Shown: positions 38,936-49,941 of the stretch, in pieces
Position numbering within the stretch: position 1 is the stretch's first letter
Layout of the letters: each line of letters starts with the position of its first letter
Source: Oligoflexia bacterium
GTDB taxonomy: Bacteria; Bdellovibrionota; Bdellovibrionia; JABDDW01
NCBI GenBank assembly: GCA_043732305.1
Contig: JAYTHU010000195.1
Span: 1 to 59,063 of the forward strand
Length of the DNA stretch: 59,063 nucleotides
Direction of reading: 5' to 3'
The notes under the pieces: model-generated
Told to the model about the DNA's origin: nothing
Database searches by the model: none
What the model saw: the letters and a program-made list of their open reading frames with translations, nothing else
Made by a program: the position numbers and the translations under genes

Positions 38936-41217
38936 AAAATATCACGCTACTAATTCTCGTTTTAATAAATTTTATTATTATTCCCAGATCAAACGCACAA
39001 TCGCAATCTCCAGTACAAACTCCTGTTCCAATTTTTGAATATGAATTTGGAAGACCTGTCAGAGCAGGCGAAGAAACATATGACAAATACCGAAAACAAC
39101 ATGCCGAAGAAGCTCATCAAAAATTCGGCTTTGATCCTAAAGCGGTTGCTGATGGAATGGACACTTGGCATTGGTGGGTTGGTGTAGACAATCCTGGATT
39201 CTGGCGTGATCTAGCAAAATTGACTGGTAGCAAATACAATTACACCAACGTCCGAATAGATATTCTAAAAATTCTCACGACGGTTCGACGTGCTGATCGA
39301 TTCAAACTCTATGGAATAATTAATGATCCAGACACAGTGGCTGCAGAAAAGCCCGATCAATTTGGTTTGAAGATTGACCGCATGAAAGATGGATCTCTCA
39401 CTTGGGATCCTGATGTTTTTGGATACTCAAGCGGCATCATCGGCCTACAAATTTTCAAGAATGAAAAATTTGATCCAAAGAAATGGTCGCTCCCTAAATA
39501 TATCAAAGACCCTGCGTCCGTGGAACCGCCTTACAAAACAGGAATGGCATGTATTTTCTGTCACGTCGGATTCAATCCCCTGAAACCACCAGCAGATCCT
39601 GCCAATCCCAAATGGGAAAATATCAGCTCGGCTATTGGCAATCAGTTCCTTAGAGAAGGAATGATTTTTGGTCAGGGACTATTCTCAAACGATTTCATTT
39701 ATCATTATTTGAAGACTCAAGAGCCAGGGACAAGTGAAACCTCTCGATTCCCTACAGATTTTATTAACAATCCCACGGTTATCAATTCGATTTTCAGATT
39801 AAAGGATCGCTTGGGAGTAAAACATGTGGAGAAAATCACTCCCGCTCAAAGAGATGTGATTAAATCCATGTATTCCAATGCTGGAATTAAAGAAAATAAT
39901 ATCACTGGGGTTCTTGGCGGTACGGCGAGCGAACCCACCATGACAAATCCTCATGTGCTTACCGATGGAGCAGATTCCATGGGAATACTCATGGCGTCCG
40001 TGAGAGTTTACGTCAACGAAGGAATGATGCATGACGATTGGTACAGCACGTGGCCGATCAACCCCTTCGATATTTTGCAAAGTATCAAACGTGGATTTAA
40101 ACCCGCAGAATTTGATATCATTGGAAAAGTTCGCAAAGATCCTGACAGTCCTTGGATGCAAACTGAAAGACGCATGCCGAACATGGCAACGTTTCTTATG
40201 AGTTATGATTCATATTCATTATCTAAAAATAACTTAACAACAGATGCTAAAGTTTTGAAACGTGGAAAAATCGCATTTGCACAATACTGTGCGAGCTGCC
40301 ACAGTAGTAAGATTCCCGAAGGCTTCACCAGCAACACAAACCCTGCAGCTCCTCATCCAGCCACACAACAAAGTGAAATGGAGAAAAAAGCTTGGGTGGA
40401 TTTAGTTTTACGCGATGATTTCCTGAAAGACAATTATCTGTCTGATGACCAACGCCACTCGGTGAATGAGCTTGGAACTAACGCACAACGTGCTGAAGGG
40501 ACCAACGCCCAATCTGGATCAACCTGGGGGCAGATGTCCAGCCAGAGCTACAAAGATTTGCGTGCGCCTATAATTGAAATTGTCGATCATGATGCCAAAG
40601 GCAATGCGATTCCGCTGTATAATCCACTGACGGGAAAAAATGATATTCATTTCAAGAGCACATCAGCCTATTACCGAACGCCCACTCTACTGAGTATTTG
40701 GGCAACGGCTCCATTTCTTCACAATAATTCTGTTGGTCTTTACAACGGAGACCCTTCTATCAAAGGGAGACTTGCAGCATTCAAAGATGGAATGGAAAAA
40801 CTACTCTACCCAGAACGACGACTTGGTGTGAAGTCAATCAAAGTCACTTCAGAAGCCACTCCACTTCCTGATATTTTCCCTGGTTTAATCAAACATTATA
40901 AAAATATGGAAGATCTAGATTTGAAACCCATACTACTTCCCAAGGGCACGCCAGTGAATTTAGTTATGAACGTGAGCGCAACCCATGCTCCAGCTCTTTT
41001 TGCGGCATATATAGAAGGAGTTTTAGCGGGAGAACCTCGAACCAAATTCAAAGGCATTGTCGCTAATCGCAGGGCCGCAGGAATGAAAGCACTTCAAGAA
41101 AAGCTTTTAGAAGTTAATACCTGCCCTGACTTCATTGAAGATCGCGGCCACACCTTTGGTGCAGAAATGCCCGACGAAGACAAAAAAGCACTGATTGAAT
41201 ATGCGAAATACTTTTAA
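38932..41217 (+). CDS. Secreted 761-aa di-heme c-type cytochrome, RoxA/MauG/peroxidase-superfamily-like, function unknown
   Basis: Signal peptide; CIFCH (39550-39564) and CASCH (40288-40302); YRTPTLLSIWATAPFLHNNSVG; C-terminal GHTFG. Confidence 0.82.
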   Translation: MKNITLLILVLINFIIIPRSNAQSQSPVQTPVPIFEYEFGRPVRAGEETYDKYRKQHAEEAHQKFGFDPKAVADGMDTWHWWVGVDNPGFWRDLAKLTGSKYNYTNVRIDILKILTTVRRADRFKLYGIINDPDTVAAEKPDQFGLKIDRMKDGSLTWDPDVFGYSSGIIGLQIFKNEKFDPKKWSLPKYIKDPASVEPPYKTGMACIFCHVGFNPLKPPADPANPKWENISSAIGNQFLREGMIFGQGLFSNDFIYHYLKTQEPGTSETSRFPTDFINNPTVINSIFRLKDRLGVKHVEKITPAQRDVIKSMYSNAGIKENNITGVLGGTASEPTMTNPHVLTDGADSMGILMASVRVYVNEGMMHDDWYSTWPINPFDILQSIKRGFKPAEFDIIGKVRKDPDSPWMQTERRMPNMATFLMSYDSYSLSKNNLTTDAKVLKRGKIAFAQYCASCHSSKIPEGFTSNTNPAAPHPATQQSEMEKKAWVDLVLRDDFLKDNYLSDDQRHSVNELGTNAQRAEGTNAQSGSTWGQMSSQSYKDLRAPIIEIVDHDAKGNAIPLYNPLTGKNDIHFKSTSAYYRTPTLLSIWATAPFLHNNSVGLYNGDPSIKGRLAAFKDGMEKLLYPERRLGVKSIKVTSEATPLPDIFPGLIKHYKNMEDLDLKPILLPKGTPVNLVMNVSATHAPALFAAYIEGVLAGEPRTKFKGIVANRRAAGMKALQEKLLEVNTCPDFIEDRGHTFGAEMPDEDKKALIEYAKYF

Positions 41218-41229
41218 AGGAGCATAAAA

Positions 41230-41586
41230 ATGTATTCTAGAAAATCTTTTACTCGTTATTGGAAAATGATCACGCTTGCAGGGTTAATCTTTGCGCCTCA
41301 AAATACTTTTGCTGCCGATGCAGTCGTGAAAATGAAAAGTATAAGTTATGATCCTAATACGATAGAAATTTCCCAAGGTGATTCCGTACGATGGAAAAAC
41401 ATGGCCTACACCCAACATTCGGCAAGTTCAGATGACACTGAATTTCCCTTCGACACGACTTTAGTTGCCCCCGGAAAAGAGTCACGTGCGATCAAATTCG
41501 AAAAAGCAGGAACTTACAAATACCATTGTGCTATCCATGGAAAAACTATGAGTGGAACAGTCGTGGTCAAAGCTGGCGTCAAGTGA
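41230..41586 (+). CDS. Periplasmic cupredoxin (amicyanin/plastocyanin-like)
   Basis: Signal peptide; W.N....H and YHCAIHGKTM supply type-1 Cu ligands His/Cys/His/Met. Confidence 0.92.
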   Translation: MYSRKSFTRYWKMITLAGLIFAPQNTFAADAVVKMKSISYDPNTIEISQGDSVRWKNMAYTQHSASSDDTEFPFDTTLVAPGKESRAIKFEKAGTYKYHCAIHGKTMSGTVVVKAGVK

Positions 41587-42950
41587 GCAATATCGATTGC
41601 GTGAAGCAAATTCAAAAAACCTTCCGTTCGAGAAAAACTTTCTCCTACGACTGGCGCATCTCTCAAATAAAAGCGCTTAAGAGATTCATGGACGAGCGCA
41701 TTTCTGAAATTCGCACGGCCATGTGGGCTGATCTGCATAAAGGGGGTTTCGAAACCGAAGTCACAGAGACTGGCATCGTCTTGGGCGAAATTGATTATGC
41801 GCTAAAACATCTGAAAAGTTGGATGAAGCCAGAGAGAGTTGCAACGAATCTTTTGAATATGCTAGGCCGCTCGCAAATTCGCCACGATCCTTACGGAACA
41901 GTTCTCATTATTGGCGCTTGGAATTATCCGCTCAATTTGTTGTTAGCTCCGTTGGTGGGAGCCATTGCTGGTGGAAATACCGCGGTGATTAAGCCTTCTG
42001 AACTTGCACCGGCAACTTCTGCACTGCTCGCAAAATTTATTCCACAGTACATGGATCCAGAATCAATTATTGTTGTTGAAGGTGGCGTGCCCGAAACCGG
42101 CGAGCTCCTTGGCTTTCCATTTGATTACATATTTTTTACTGGCAGTGGACCAGTCGGGAAAATAGTGATGAAAGCAGCAGCCGAAAATCTCGTTCCCATA
42201 ACACTTGAGCTAGGCGGAAAATCTCCAGCCATTGTTATGGAAGATGCAGATATCAAAGTGGCAGCAAGAAGAATTGCTTGGGGTAAATTCATGAACGCGG
42301 GTCAAACCTGCATCGCGCCCGATTATGTTTTGATTCATCCTCAGGTTGAAGATGAATTTCTTCGTGAACTGAAACATTCAATCGAAGTGTTCTACGGAAA
42401 AGACGCCAGCCAAAGTCCAGATTATTGCCGCATCGTGAATGATAAAAATTTTCAACGACTCGAGAAGTTTATTGGAGATGGCGAAATTTTTTGCGGCGGA
42501 AAGAAAAGCGCTCAGGACAAATACATAGAGCCCACGGTGCTTGCAAAAGTTTCTGCGGAAGCTCCCGTGATGAAAGAAGAAATCTTTGGACCCATCCTTC
42601 CAGTTTTATCTTGTCTAGATATCAGTACTGCAATCACTTTTATAAATGCCAGACCCAAACCATTAGCCTTATATCTCTTCACGGAAAATAGCGAAAGTCG
42701 GGAACGTGTTTTAGATGAAACGTCTTCTGGAAATGTTTTGATCAATGATGTTGTCATGCATATGCCATCACCCTACATTCCGTTCGGCGGAGTGGGCGCA
42801 AGTGGAATGGGTCGTTATCACGGAAAAAGAAGTTTCAGCACATTCACTCATGCCAAGGGTATCATCACAAAATCGACGTGGCCAGATTTGACCATCCGGT
42901 ATGCGCCCTACATTGCGTCTAAATTGAAATGGATCAAACGATTAAGTTAA
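41583..42950 (+). CDS. Class-3 (fatty/aromatic) aldehyde dehydrogenase
   Basis: WNYP, KPSE, FTGS, LELGGKSP, NAGQTCIAPDY, EEIFGP and PFGGVG.SG.G.YHG; GTG 41583 overlaps the cupredoxin TGA. Confidence 0.95.
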   Translation: MSNIDCVKQIQKTFRSRKTFSYDWRISQIKALKRFMDERISEIRTAMWADLHKGGFETEVTETGIVLGEIDYALKHLKSWMKPERVATNLLNMLGRSQIRHDPYGTVLIIGAWNYPLNLLLAPLVGAIAGGNTAVIKPSELAPATSALLAKFIPQYMDPESIIVVEGGVPETGELLGFPFDYIFFTGSGPVGKIVMKAAAENLVPITLELGGKSPAIVMEDADIKVAARRIAWGKFMNAGQTCIAPDYVLIHPQVEDEFLRELKHSIEVFYGKDASQSPDYCRIVNDKNFQRLEKFIGDGEIFCGGKKSAQDKYIEPTVLAKVSAEAPVMKEEIFGPILPVLSCLDISTAITFINARPKPLALYLFTENSESRERVLDETSSGNVLINDVVMHMPSPYIPFGGVGASGMGRYHGKRSFSTFTHAKGIITKSTWPDLTIRYAPYIASKLKWIKRLS

Positions 42951-42957
42951 AAATTAT

Positions 42958-43755
42958 TTAGCTGCTGGCGCTTTGGTAACGTCTGAGACCTGCCTGCCAA
43001 AGCGCTCGATTGATAAGAAAAAATCCCAAAAGCACGCTCAAGACCAATCCATATTCCCAGAGCGGCAGTCCTTGCAAAAGGGCGCGAGCAGGAACGCTGC
43101 CAATAAAAGCAAAGGGAAGTCCGGTCATTACTAAATAACGAAGCACTCGCGGATAAAGTGCATCGGGCTTTGTAGCAAAAGAAAAAAACTGATAATAGAG
43201 CCGAGTCATTGCCCAACTTCTATCCGTCCAAAATACCCAAACAGAAAACAAAAACCGAATCAAAAGTGCGGTGACTAGTCCAAGTAACAACCATCCTGGT
43301 AAGAGCAACCATCTCCACCCGCCTTGAAAGCCAGCGGGGCCAGAATATTTGATTGTGATCGCCAAACCTAAAAATAAATTAAAAATTGCTGTTAGATTTA
43401 TAGATCGAGAAAGTGCTAAGAACAGCGGTGAAACCGGCTTGGTGATTAGGATGTCAAGTTCACCTTTATTGATCAGATCAGAAAAAGCAAAAAAGTTTCT
43501 CTGGAAAAACGTTGTGAACAAAGCATCAGAAGAAAAGAATATTCCTAAGAAAAAATACACTTGTGGTTTGGTCCAACCACCTAAGGTTGGAACGTTGGCG
43601 TACAGAACAGAAAACAATGAAACTTCTACGCCAATCCAAACAACGTCCGTAAATATGGCAGTGAGAAAATTTGTGCGATAGACAGCTTCTCGAACCCAAT
43701 TATTTTTAAGTTGGACAAGATAAATGTTTCCGTAAAGTTTTATACGTCTAAACAT
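42958..43755 (-). CDS. ABC-2 type permease (DUF990-like)
   Basis: YRTNF, GW, GELD..ITKP and C-terminal RRYQSASS. Confidence 0.88.
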   Translation of the reverse strand: MFRRIKLYGNIYLVQLKNNWVREAVYRTNFLTAIFTDVVWIGVEVSLFSVLYANVPTLGGWTKPQVYFFLGIFFSSDALFTTFFQRNFFAFSDLINKGELDILITKPVSPLFLALSRSINLTAIFNLFLGLAITIKYSGPAGFQGGWRWLLLPGWLLLGLVTALLIRFLFSVWVFWTDRSWAMTRLYYQFFSFATKPDALYPRVLRYLVMTGLPFAFIGSVPARALLQGLPLWEYGLVLSVLLGFFLINRALWQAGLRRYQSASS

Positions 43756-43756
43756 A

Positions 43757-44548
43757 TCAGCCTCCCAAACTTTGATAGCGCTTGATACCCATGGCCCAAG
43801 TCACACGAATGGCAATCGCCCCGCCCATCACCCAAATCAGTGCGTAACTCACTTGCTTCATGAGTTCCATGTGAGACCAATGCCCTAATGCATATTGCGC
43901 TGGACCAAAAACATAGAGGTAAAATGGTGTGACTTTCCACACCCACTGCATCCCAGTAGGAAACAATGTGAGTGGCAAGAGTTCACCGGAGAGTAAACTC
44001 ACCAGCATGTTTTTGACCATGAGAACACTATAGGCTTCTTCCCAAATGAAAGAAACTGTCGCTAGCACGGCACCAAATTGATAATGAATGATATTTCCCA
44101 GGAGCGCTAAAAACATTGCTCCCACTAAGCGTCCGGGCGCGACACCAATCAGTGGAGAAAAAATTAAACCCACTAACAAACATAACCCTGCAATAAATAA
44201 TCGAGGCGCGATACCTCTTATCCAAACAAACTCGACAAGCCCAACCGGTCTCAAAAGATAATTACTCAGCTGCCCGGATCTAATCATTTCTGCCAATTCA
44301 AAATCGTGATCACCGCCACGCACTTGAGTGAAAAGTAAACTCACCAATGTGTAATGAATCATGTCCGTGTAAGTCATACCGGCAACTTCAGTTGCTCCAC
44401 CTAGGTGAAACATCGCGTACCACATGATCGATTGAATCGCCGCAGGAACAAATGCAGATCCTGCAATCTCTAACAGAAATTCTAGGCGATAGGCAGTGGC
44501 ATCTTTAAATCCATTTATAAAAGCGGCCCAGCGCCATTGCCAATTCAC
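43757..44548 (-). CDS. ABC-2 type permease (DUF990-like)
   Basis: AYRLEF, IRSGQLS.YLLRP and C-terminal RYQSLGG. Confidence 0.88.
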   Translation of the reverse strand: MNWQWRWAAFINGFKDATAYRLEFLLEIAGSAFVPAAIQSIMWYAMFHLGGATEVAGMTYTDMIHYTLVSLLFTQVRGGDHDFELAEMIRSGQLSNYLLRPVGLVEFVWIRGIAPRLFIAGLCLLVGLIFSPLIGVAPGRLVGAMFLALLGNIIHYQFGAVLATVSFIWEEAYSVLMVKNMLVSLLSGELLPLTLFPTGMQWVWKVTPFYLYVFGPAQYALGHWSHMELMKQVSYALIWVMGGAIAIRVTWAMGIKRYQSLGG

Positions 44549-45552
44549 TTTTTTTCCTTATCACTGGCGAATAGGCGATGAATAACATTTTCCAAACTCT
44601 GTTCTTCAATTCCCATGTCTGCAATTTGATATTTCGCCATCAACGCTTGTAGAAGCGGAATGATTTGCTCTGTGCGAACGCTAAAGCGTGCAGTGGATCC
44701 AGCACCGGTCTCTTCAGCTTCTAGAGAGACGGACTGTTCAGGAACATTGGCCAGAGCAACAAGTTCTGCTTTTGAGGGAACGTTTAGAAATCTTACTCGA
44801 AAACTTCTCTCGCCTTGATCAGTCAAACCTGCGGGAGTGCCGTCGTAAACAAGAGAGCCATCTCGTAATATGAGAACGCGAGAGCAAAGCTTTTCAATAT
44901 CGTCCATGTTGTGACTTGTGAGAATAATTGTCGATTTTTCTTTCTGATTAAACACTCTTAAAAATTCGCGTAAGTTATGGGCAGCCAGCACGTCTAAGCC
45001 AATGGTGGGTTCATCTAGAAAAATCACGCTAGGCCAATGCAAAATAGCACCAATGAGCTCCATCTTCATGCGCTCGCCGAGCGAAAGTCTCCGAATTTGC
45101 GTGTTGAGCATGCGCTTCACATCAAGAAGTTCACTTAGTGTATTGAGGCGTTCTTTGTATTTTGCTTTTGGGATTTCATAAATTGCCTGCAGCAGATCAA
45201 ACGCATCGATGGCAGGAAGATCCCACCAAAGCTGGGCTTTCTGTCCCATCACAAGCGAAATTTTATGGCGGAAATTTTGTGATCGCTTGAATGGATCTTC
45301 ACCCAACACGGTTGCAGTACCCGAACTTGTTGGAATGAGACCTGCAAGAATTTTCAAAAGAGTTGTCTTACCGGCACCGTTGGCACCGATAAGTCCATTG
45401 AAAGATCCTGGCTCTATCGAAAAGCTCACGCCCTTGAGTGCTTCGTGGGTGGAATATTTTGGCTTGAGAATCAATCCCAAAGCGCCTTTCCAACCATCTT
45501 CTTTTTTAACGGAACGAAAAGATCGCTTCACATCGCGAACATCAATGATCAT
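44545..45552 (-). CDS. ABC transporter ATP-binding subunit
   Basis: GANGAGKTT, QLWWDLP, LSLGERMK and DEPTIGLD motifs. Confidence 0.93.
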   Translation of the reverse strand: MIIDVRDVKRSFRSVKKEDGWKGALGLILKPKYSTHEALKGVSFSIEPGSFNGLIGANGAGKTTLLKILAGLIPTSSGTATVLGEDPFKRSQNFRHKISLVMGQKAQLWWDLPAIDAFDLLQAIYEIPKAKYKERLNTLSELLDVKRMLNTQIRRLSLGERMKMELIGAILHWPSVIFLDEPTIGLDVLAAHNLREFLRVFNQKEKSTIILTSHNMDDIEKLCSRVLILRDGSLVYDGTPAGLTDQGERSFRVRFLNVPSKAELVALANVPEQSVSLEAEETGAGSTARFSVRTEQIIPLLQALMAKYQIADMGIEEQSLENVIHRLFASDKEKK

Positions 45553-45580
45553 GAATTACTCTCTAAGGTGTTAAAGGGTG

Positions 45581-45949
45581 TTAATGAGTCAGGCGATCCA
45601 CGGTGCTAAGAAAAAGATCAAGATCGATAGGTTTGCGAACGTATCCACGGATCTGATCCATAGGAAGTTTGTTGGCAGCATCTCGGTCAGCGCTTAAAAC
45701 CAAAATGTCGGTGACTTGAAGATCCCTTATTTTTGCGATCTCTGATAGAAAAACATATCCATCCATGACGGGCATCATTAGATCTAGAATGATAAGGTCA
45801 GGATCAGTGGTTATGAATTTCATCTCATCGAGAGCTTCTTTGCCATTTCGGAAAGACTTGACGTCATATCCTTCTGATTCCAGAATCTCCGCGAGATCAG
45901 TTCGAATGAACTCATCGTCCTCAACTACAAAAATTGTTTTACTGCCCAC
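45581..45949 (-). CDS. Single-domain response regulator
   Basis: VEDD, ILDLMMP and RKP motifs. Confidence 0.9.
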   Translation of the reverse strand: MGSKTIFVVEDDEFIRTDLAEILESEGYDVKSFRNGKEALDEMKFITTDPDLIILDLMMPVMDGYVFLSEIAKIRDLQVTDILVLSADRDAANKLPMDQIRGYVRKPIDLDLFLSTVDRLTH

Positions 45950-47870
45950 TTGCTAACTCCAGATGATTCAAAGGAACTTCAATAATGAATCTTGCCCCAT
46001 AACCGTAGTCACTTTCAACACAGATTTCACCACCATGGGGGCGGATTATCTCTTTTGAAATGTGCAAACCGAGCCCTAAACCGCTCACTTCGTTCACAGT
46101 GCCTAATCTCTCGAAACGTTCGAAAACCAGGCCGAGCTTGTCTTGTGGGATGCCCGGGCCATGATCTCTGAACACCAATAGAGCCTGATTTTCGTCACTG
46201 GCAAGGGTGACATTGACGGGATGCCCGGACGCATATTTTGCGGCATTGGTGATGAGATTTGCGATCACTTGTTCAAATCTAAGGGCGTCCAAATCAACAA
46301 CTACACCCGGTTCAATCTTTGCGAAGACTTCGCATTTGGCATTTTCAAGTTCATCAGAAAATCGCTGAAGTCTGTCTCTTAAAAAACTGGAAAGGTCTAC
46401 TTTTACAAAATTTATAGACAAATTTCCCGTGCTGATTCGAGACGTGTCCAACATTTCACCAACCAAACGTGACAATCTTTGTACCTGAATGCTTGAGTTG
46501 TTGGTGAGCCGCTCAATTTTTTTCAGGGTGAATGCCTCAGGCACACTTCGCAGCATAGTTCTTTTGGCCATCTGACTTTGAAGTTTGAGTGAGGTCAATA
46601 GAGTTTTAAGTTCGTGAGAAGCGAAACCTAGAAAATTATCGCGGGATTCGATAGCTTTTTTAACAAATTTTTATCTTTAATAAATTTTGTGACATCCGAA
46701 GCTTGGCAAAATATCCCGTAGGGTTTGCCTTCACAATCCACGATTCGGAAATAACTGAGATCATGGTGCCGCTTTTCTAATACTCCAGGAAATATTTTGA
46801 CGGTAACAACTGCTTCACTGACGTGAAGTGGTATTCCAGTTTCATATACTTCTTTAAGATGAATAAAAAACGAAGTTTCACCCGGCTCACGATAGGCCTC
46901 AGTCCAACTTTTACCAGTATATGAGCGAGGCCCCACGAGCTCCTTCCATGTTGAATTCACTTTTTCGAAAATAAAGTGCGGCCCTTCCATCAAACTCATG
47001 CCGGCAGTGGACTTCGCAAAAATATCCTCGAGTTTGCGCCGCTCCGTAGCTAGCGATAGTAACGCTGTTTTACGCTCAGTGATATCAACCGAAGTTCCGA
47101 AAAATTCAATAGGCGTTCCCTGGGCATCGTAGGAAGCATGCCCCTGAACCTCGATCCACAGTGTTTTCCCGTCTGGCCTAAGAAACCTACATTGCGACTT
47201 GAATAGCATTGTTGAGTTGTTCTTCACTTTTTATATAACTTGCTTCGTTTTGTTCTAATTTTTTCCTGGCAGCAACCTTTGAAGTGATGTTGATGCCTAG
47301 GGAAATGACTCCATCAATTTCATCGAGCTCATCACGTCGAGCAACATAGCTCACTTCAAAATAATAAGTTTCGCCGTCAAAGGTAAGTGGTAACTCTTCA
47401 AATTTTTCCGTGAGACCTGTCTTGTAAACTTGCTTTAGTTTTTTTAACACTTCGGATGTCAAAGAGTGGGGAACGACCAGTGCAGCAACCTAACTTGAAA
47501 AGCCACTCGAAATTTAGCCGCTCTATTTCTAATCTTGTTTTTGCGCGTTCAACGGCTCTCCTCGCCTCCACCTGTTCCGTGACATTCACTGCGGAGGTGA
47601 GAATACCATCCACAATCCCATCTTCATTTATATTAGGTTAAAAAACAAAATTGCAGAACAATTTTTTTCTTAAGGCATCCGTCACATTAATTTCTAATGG
47701 AATTTTATTTCCAAATCCCTGCTCTATGCCCTCAGGAAATACTTCGGTAACTGTGAGACTTAACAATTCGCCGCCGCGCGAGAACGTTCGGCGCCAACTT
47801 TAATTAATCAACGTGAATTTATGAGTAGGACCTTCAAGCAAAGCAATAGGCATTGGAGTTTATTCAAATA
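45939..47870 (-). pseudogene. Degraded multi-PAS histidine kinase
   Basis: Four tracked fragments in different frames plus upstream PAS-like debris (TPMPIALLEGPTHKFTLIN*). The H-box ASHELKT lies just upstream of the 219-aa HATPase fragment. Several frameshifts and stops. Confidence 0.85.
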
Positions 47871-48168
47871 GTTTTTACAACTTTTTGTTTGTATTAACTA
47901 TCTTCGAATATTATTAGTACAAATTATTGGATGTCATCAAAATCTCTATTGGCAATATTATACATGACAATATAAAAATCGTTTACTGTAGGATTTCGCC
48001 TCATTTATCGCGCAAGTTCATCTTGAATGCAGGTCTGTCTGGAATTTTAAACAACGTACGATCGGAAATTCTTTGAGGATATCCAATAAAATTATAGCAT
48101 TTAGGATTCCATGGGGCCGGAAGATCCCAATTTCCAACGATAATAGATTCATAATCAAATTTTAGAAT

Positions 48169-49824
48169 CTAGTGTCTAGTCCGGGAATCATGAGGAATTT
48201 TTACTTTGAATTCTGTTCCATATTCTTTGTCACTACGGACAGAGACTTCTCCGCCAAGAGATTGCGCTATACCTTTGACCAACGTGAGACCAAGTCCCCA
48301 CCCTTTTTGCGAACTGGATTTTGCAGAATTGGAACGACGGAACTGATCAAAAATTGTTGTTTGCTCATCTTTGGGAATGGGTTGCCCAAGGTTATGAACT
48401 GAAATTTCGACAAGACCATCTCTATTATGGAAGGCAACAGTGATGAGAGCATTTGCATCTCCATATTTCACAGCATTGGCACACAAGTTTTCAATAACTC
48501 GGCGAAGGCCACTGATGCTCCAATAACCCTCAATAATTTCGCTTTCGACATATTTAAAACGATCGCCATGGATTGTTTTGAGCTCTTCCAAAGTGCTCTT
48601 CACCAGTGAATTTAAATTAACTTTTTGAATGTTGAGCAAAACTTTATGGCCTGCCCGAATGAGATTTGCGTCTAATAAATCCGTGACCATATCTGCCGCT
48701 CGATCCACCGTGCGCGTGATTCTCTTAGCTGCGTGACGTACTGATTCCATTACGCCTTCACGCCTTAAAATAATTTCTGCAGAAAGTTTTGCCGCCATGA
48801 GTGGAGTTCGAAGATCATGAGTGAGAGTCGCAACAAATCTTTCGCGAACATCCCGCTCCTCTTCAAGTTTACGGCGACTTTCTACTTGTTCAGTCACTTC
48901 AAAGGCACAGGCCAAAACTCCGTCCACTTTTCCCATAATAGTTCGCGTAGGCTGATATGTGACATTCCAAAATCTTTCGGTATGGATCCCGTTTTTATCA
49001 TAATCCATTGTCACGGCGTACTCGGGAGCAGAAAAAGATCTACCTTGTTCGTAAACATTTTTTAAAACTGATCTAAACTCGTCCCCGACATCAGGAAAAA
49101 CTTCTCTAGCGCTCTTGCCCTCGAGTTCGCGGTCAATGCCCACAGTTCGGCGAAAAAGATGGTTTGCGAAATCTATGATTTGGTTGGGACCACGATAAAT
49201 AGAAATAGAAACAGGAGCATCCATGAAAGTGGATAAAAGTCGCTCTCTCTCATGAATCATGATCGCTTTTTGTTCTCGCTGTTCAGCCGTTACCTTATAA
49301 ACATGAGCGGCGGCGCAAGCGAAATCAGCGAAAGCTTGCAATAGACGAGCGTCCTCGCCGTCAAAGATTCTATTTTTATGACTAGACATAATCCAAAGAC
49401 TCCCTTGAGATTTTCCGTCAAAAATAAAAGGAATGATTAACATTTCATGAATGGGTAAGCCCATTTCTAATAAATATTTATAGTCTCGACCTGGCTCTCT
49501 AAGAAGCTGAATCATTCCACTGTCTATAGAAAGACCGCATGGACTAAAATCTCGCGGATAAGTTTCCCCATAAAGCGAAACTAAATCTCCGGTCGCAGCA
49601 TGACAACGCAAAGTTTCTTTGCCTTCAACATATTCAACAAGCGTAATGCCCGCTGAATCCGCGCGGCAAAAACCAGAAGCTTTTTCAACGAGCGTATTTA
49701 AAATTGTTTCTGGAGAACGGGCAAGCGCAAGCGACAGCTCCCGGAGGGCTAAACTTTCTGAACAGAAATCGGGTGCGCGATGAGTTCGGCGCGGCAACTC
49801 TTTGGTGATTATCATTGCCGACAA
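48169..49824 (-). CDS. Cytoplasmic GAF-PAS histidine kinase
   Basis: N-terminal GAF, PAS, THDLRTPL, NAVKY and GWGLGL. Confidence 0.92.
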   Translation of the reverse strand: MSAMIITKELPRRTHRAPDFCSESLALRELSLALARSPETILNTLVEKASGFCRADSAGITLVEYVEGKETLRCHAATGDLVSLYGETYPRDFSPCGLSIDSGMIQLLREPGRDYKYLLEMGLPIHEMLIIPFIFDGKSQGSLWIMSSHKNRIFDGEDARLLQAFADFACAAAHVYKVTAEQREQKAIMIHERERLLSTFMDAPVSISIYRGPNQIIDFANHLFRRTVGIDRELEGKSAREVFPDVGDEFRSVLKNVYEQGRSFSAPEYAVTMDYDKNGIHTERFWNVTYQPTRTIMGKVDGVLACAFEVTEQVESRRKLEEERDVRERFVATLTHDLRTPLMAAKLSAEIILRREGVMESVRHAAKRITRTVDRAADMVTDLLDANLIRAGHKVLLNIQKVNLNSLVKSTLEELKTIHGDRFKYVESEIIEGYWSISGLRRVIENLCANAVKYGDANALITVAFHNRDGLVEISVHNLGQPIPKDEQTTIFDQFRRSNSAKSSSQKGWGLGLTLVKGIAQSLGGEVSVRSDKEYGTEFKVKIPHDSRTRH

Positions 49825-49941
49825 TATATACCCGAGCGCTATAATAATCTAATACAATTTTATGTATTATAAAATGACATTTGTTTAGTCACCCTCACTG
49901 TTAATTTTACCTATACTCGACTTGTTTCCCACCTACAAATA

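Noticed and set aside
41526..41582. Tracked N-terminal extensions of ALDH (41526), patatin (37886) and the CPXCG protein (36001)
   Set aside because: They overlap upstream genes or regulatory DNA; starts at 41583, 37916 and 36106 fit the families better
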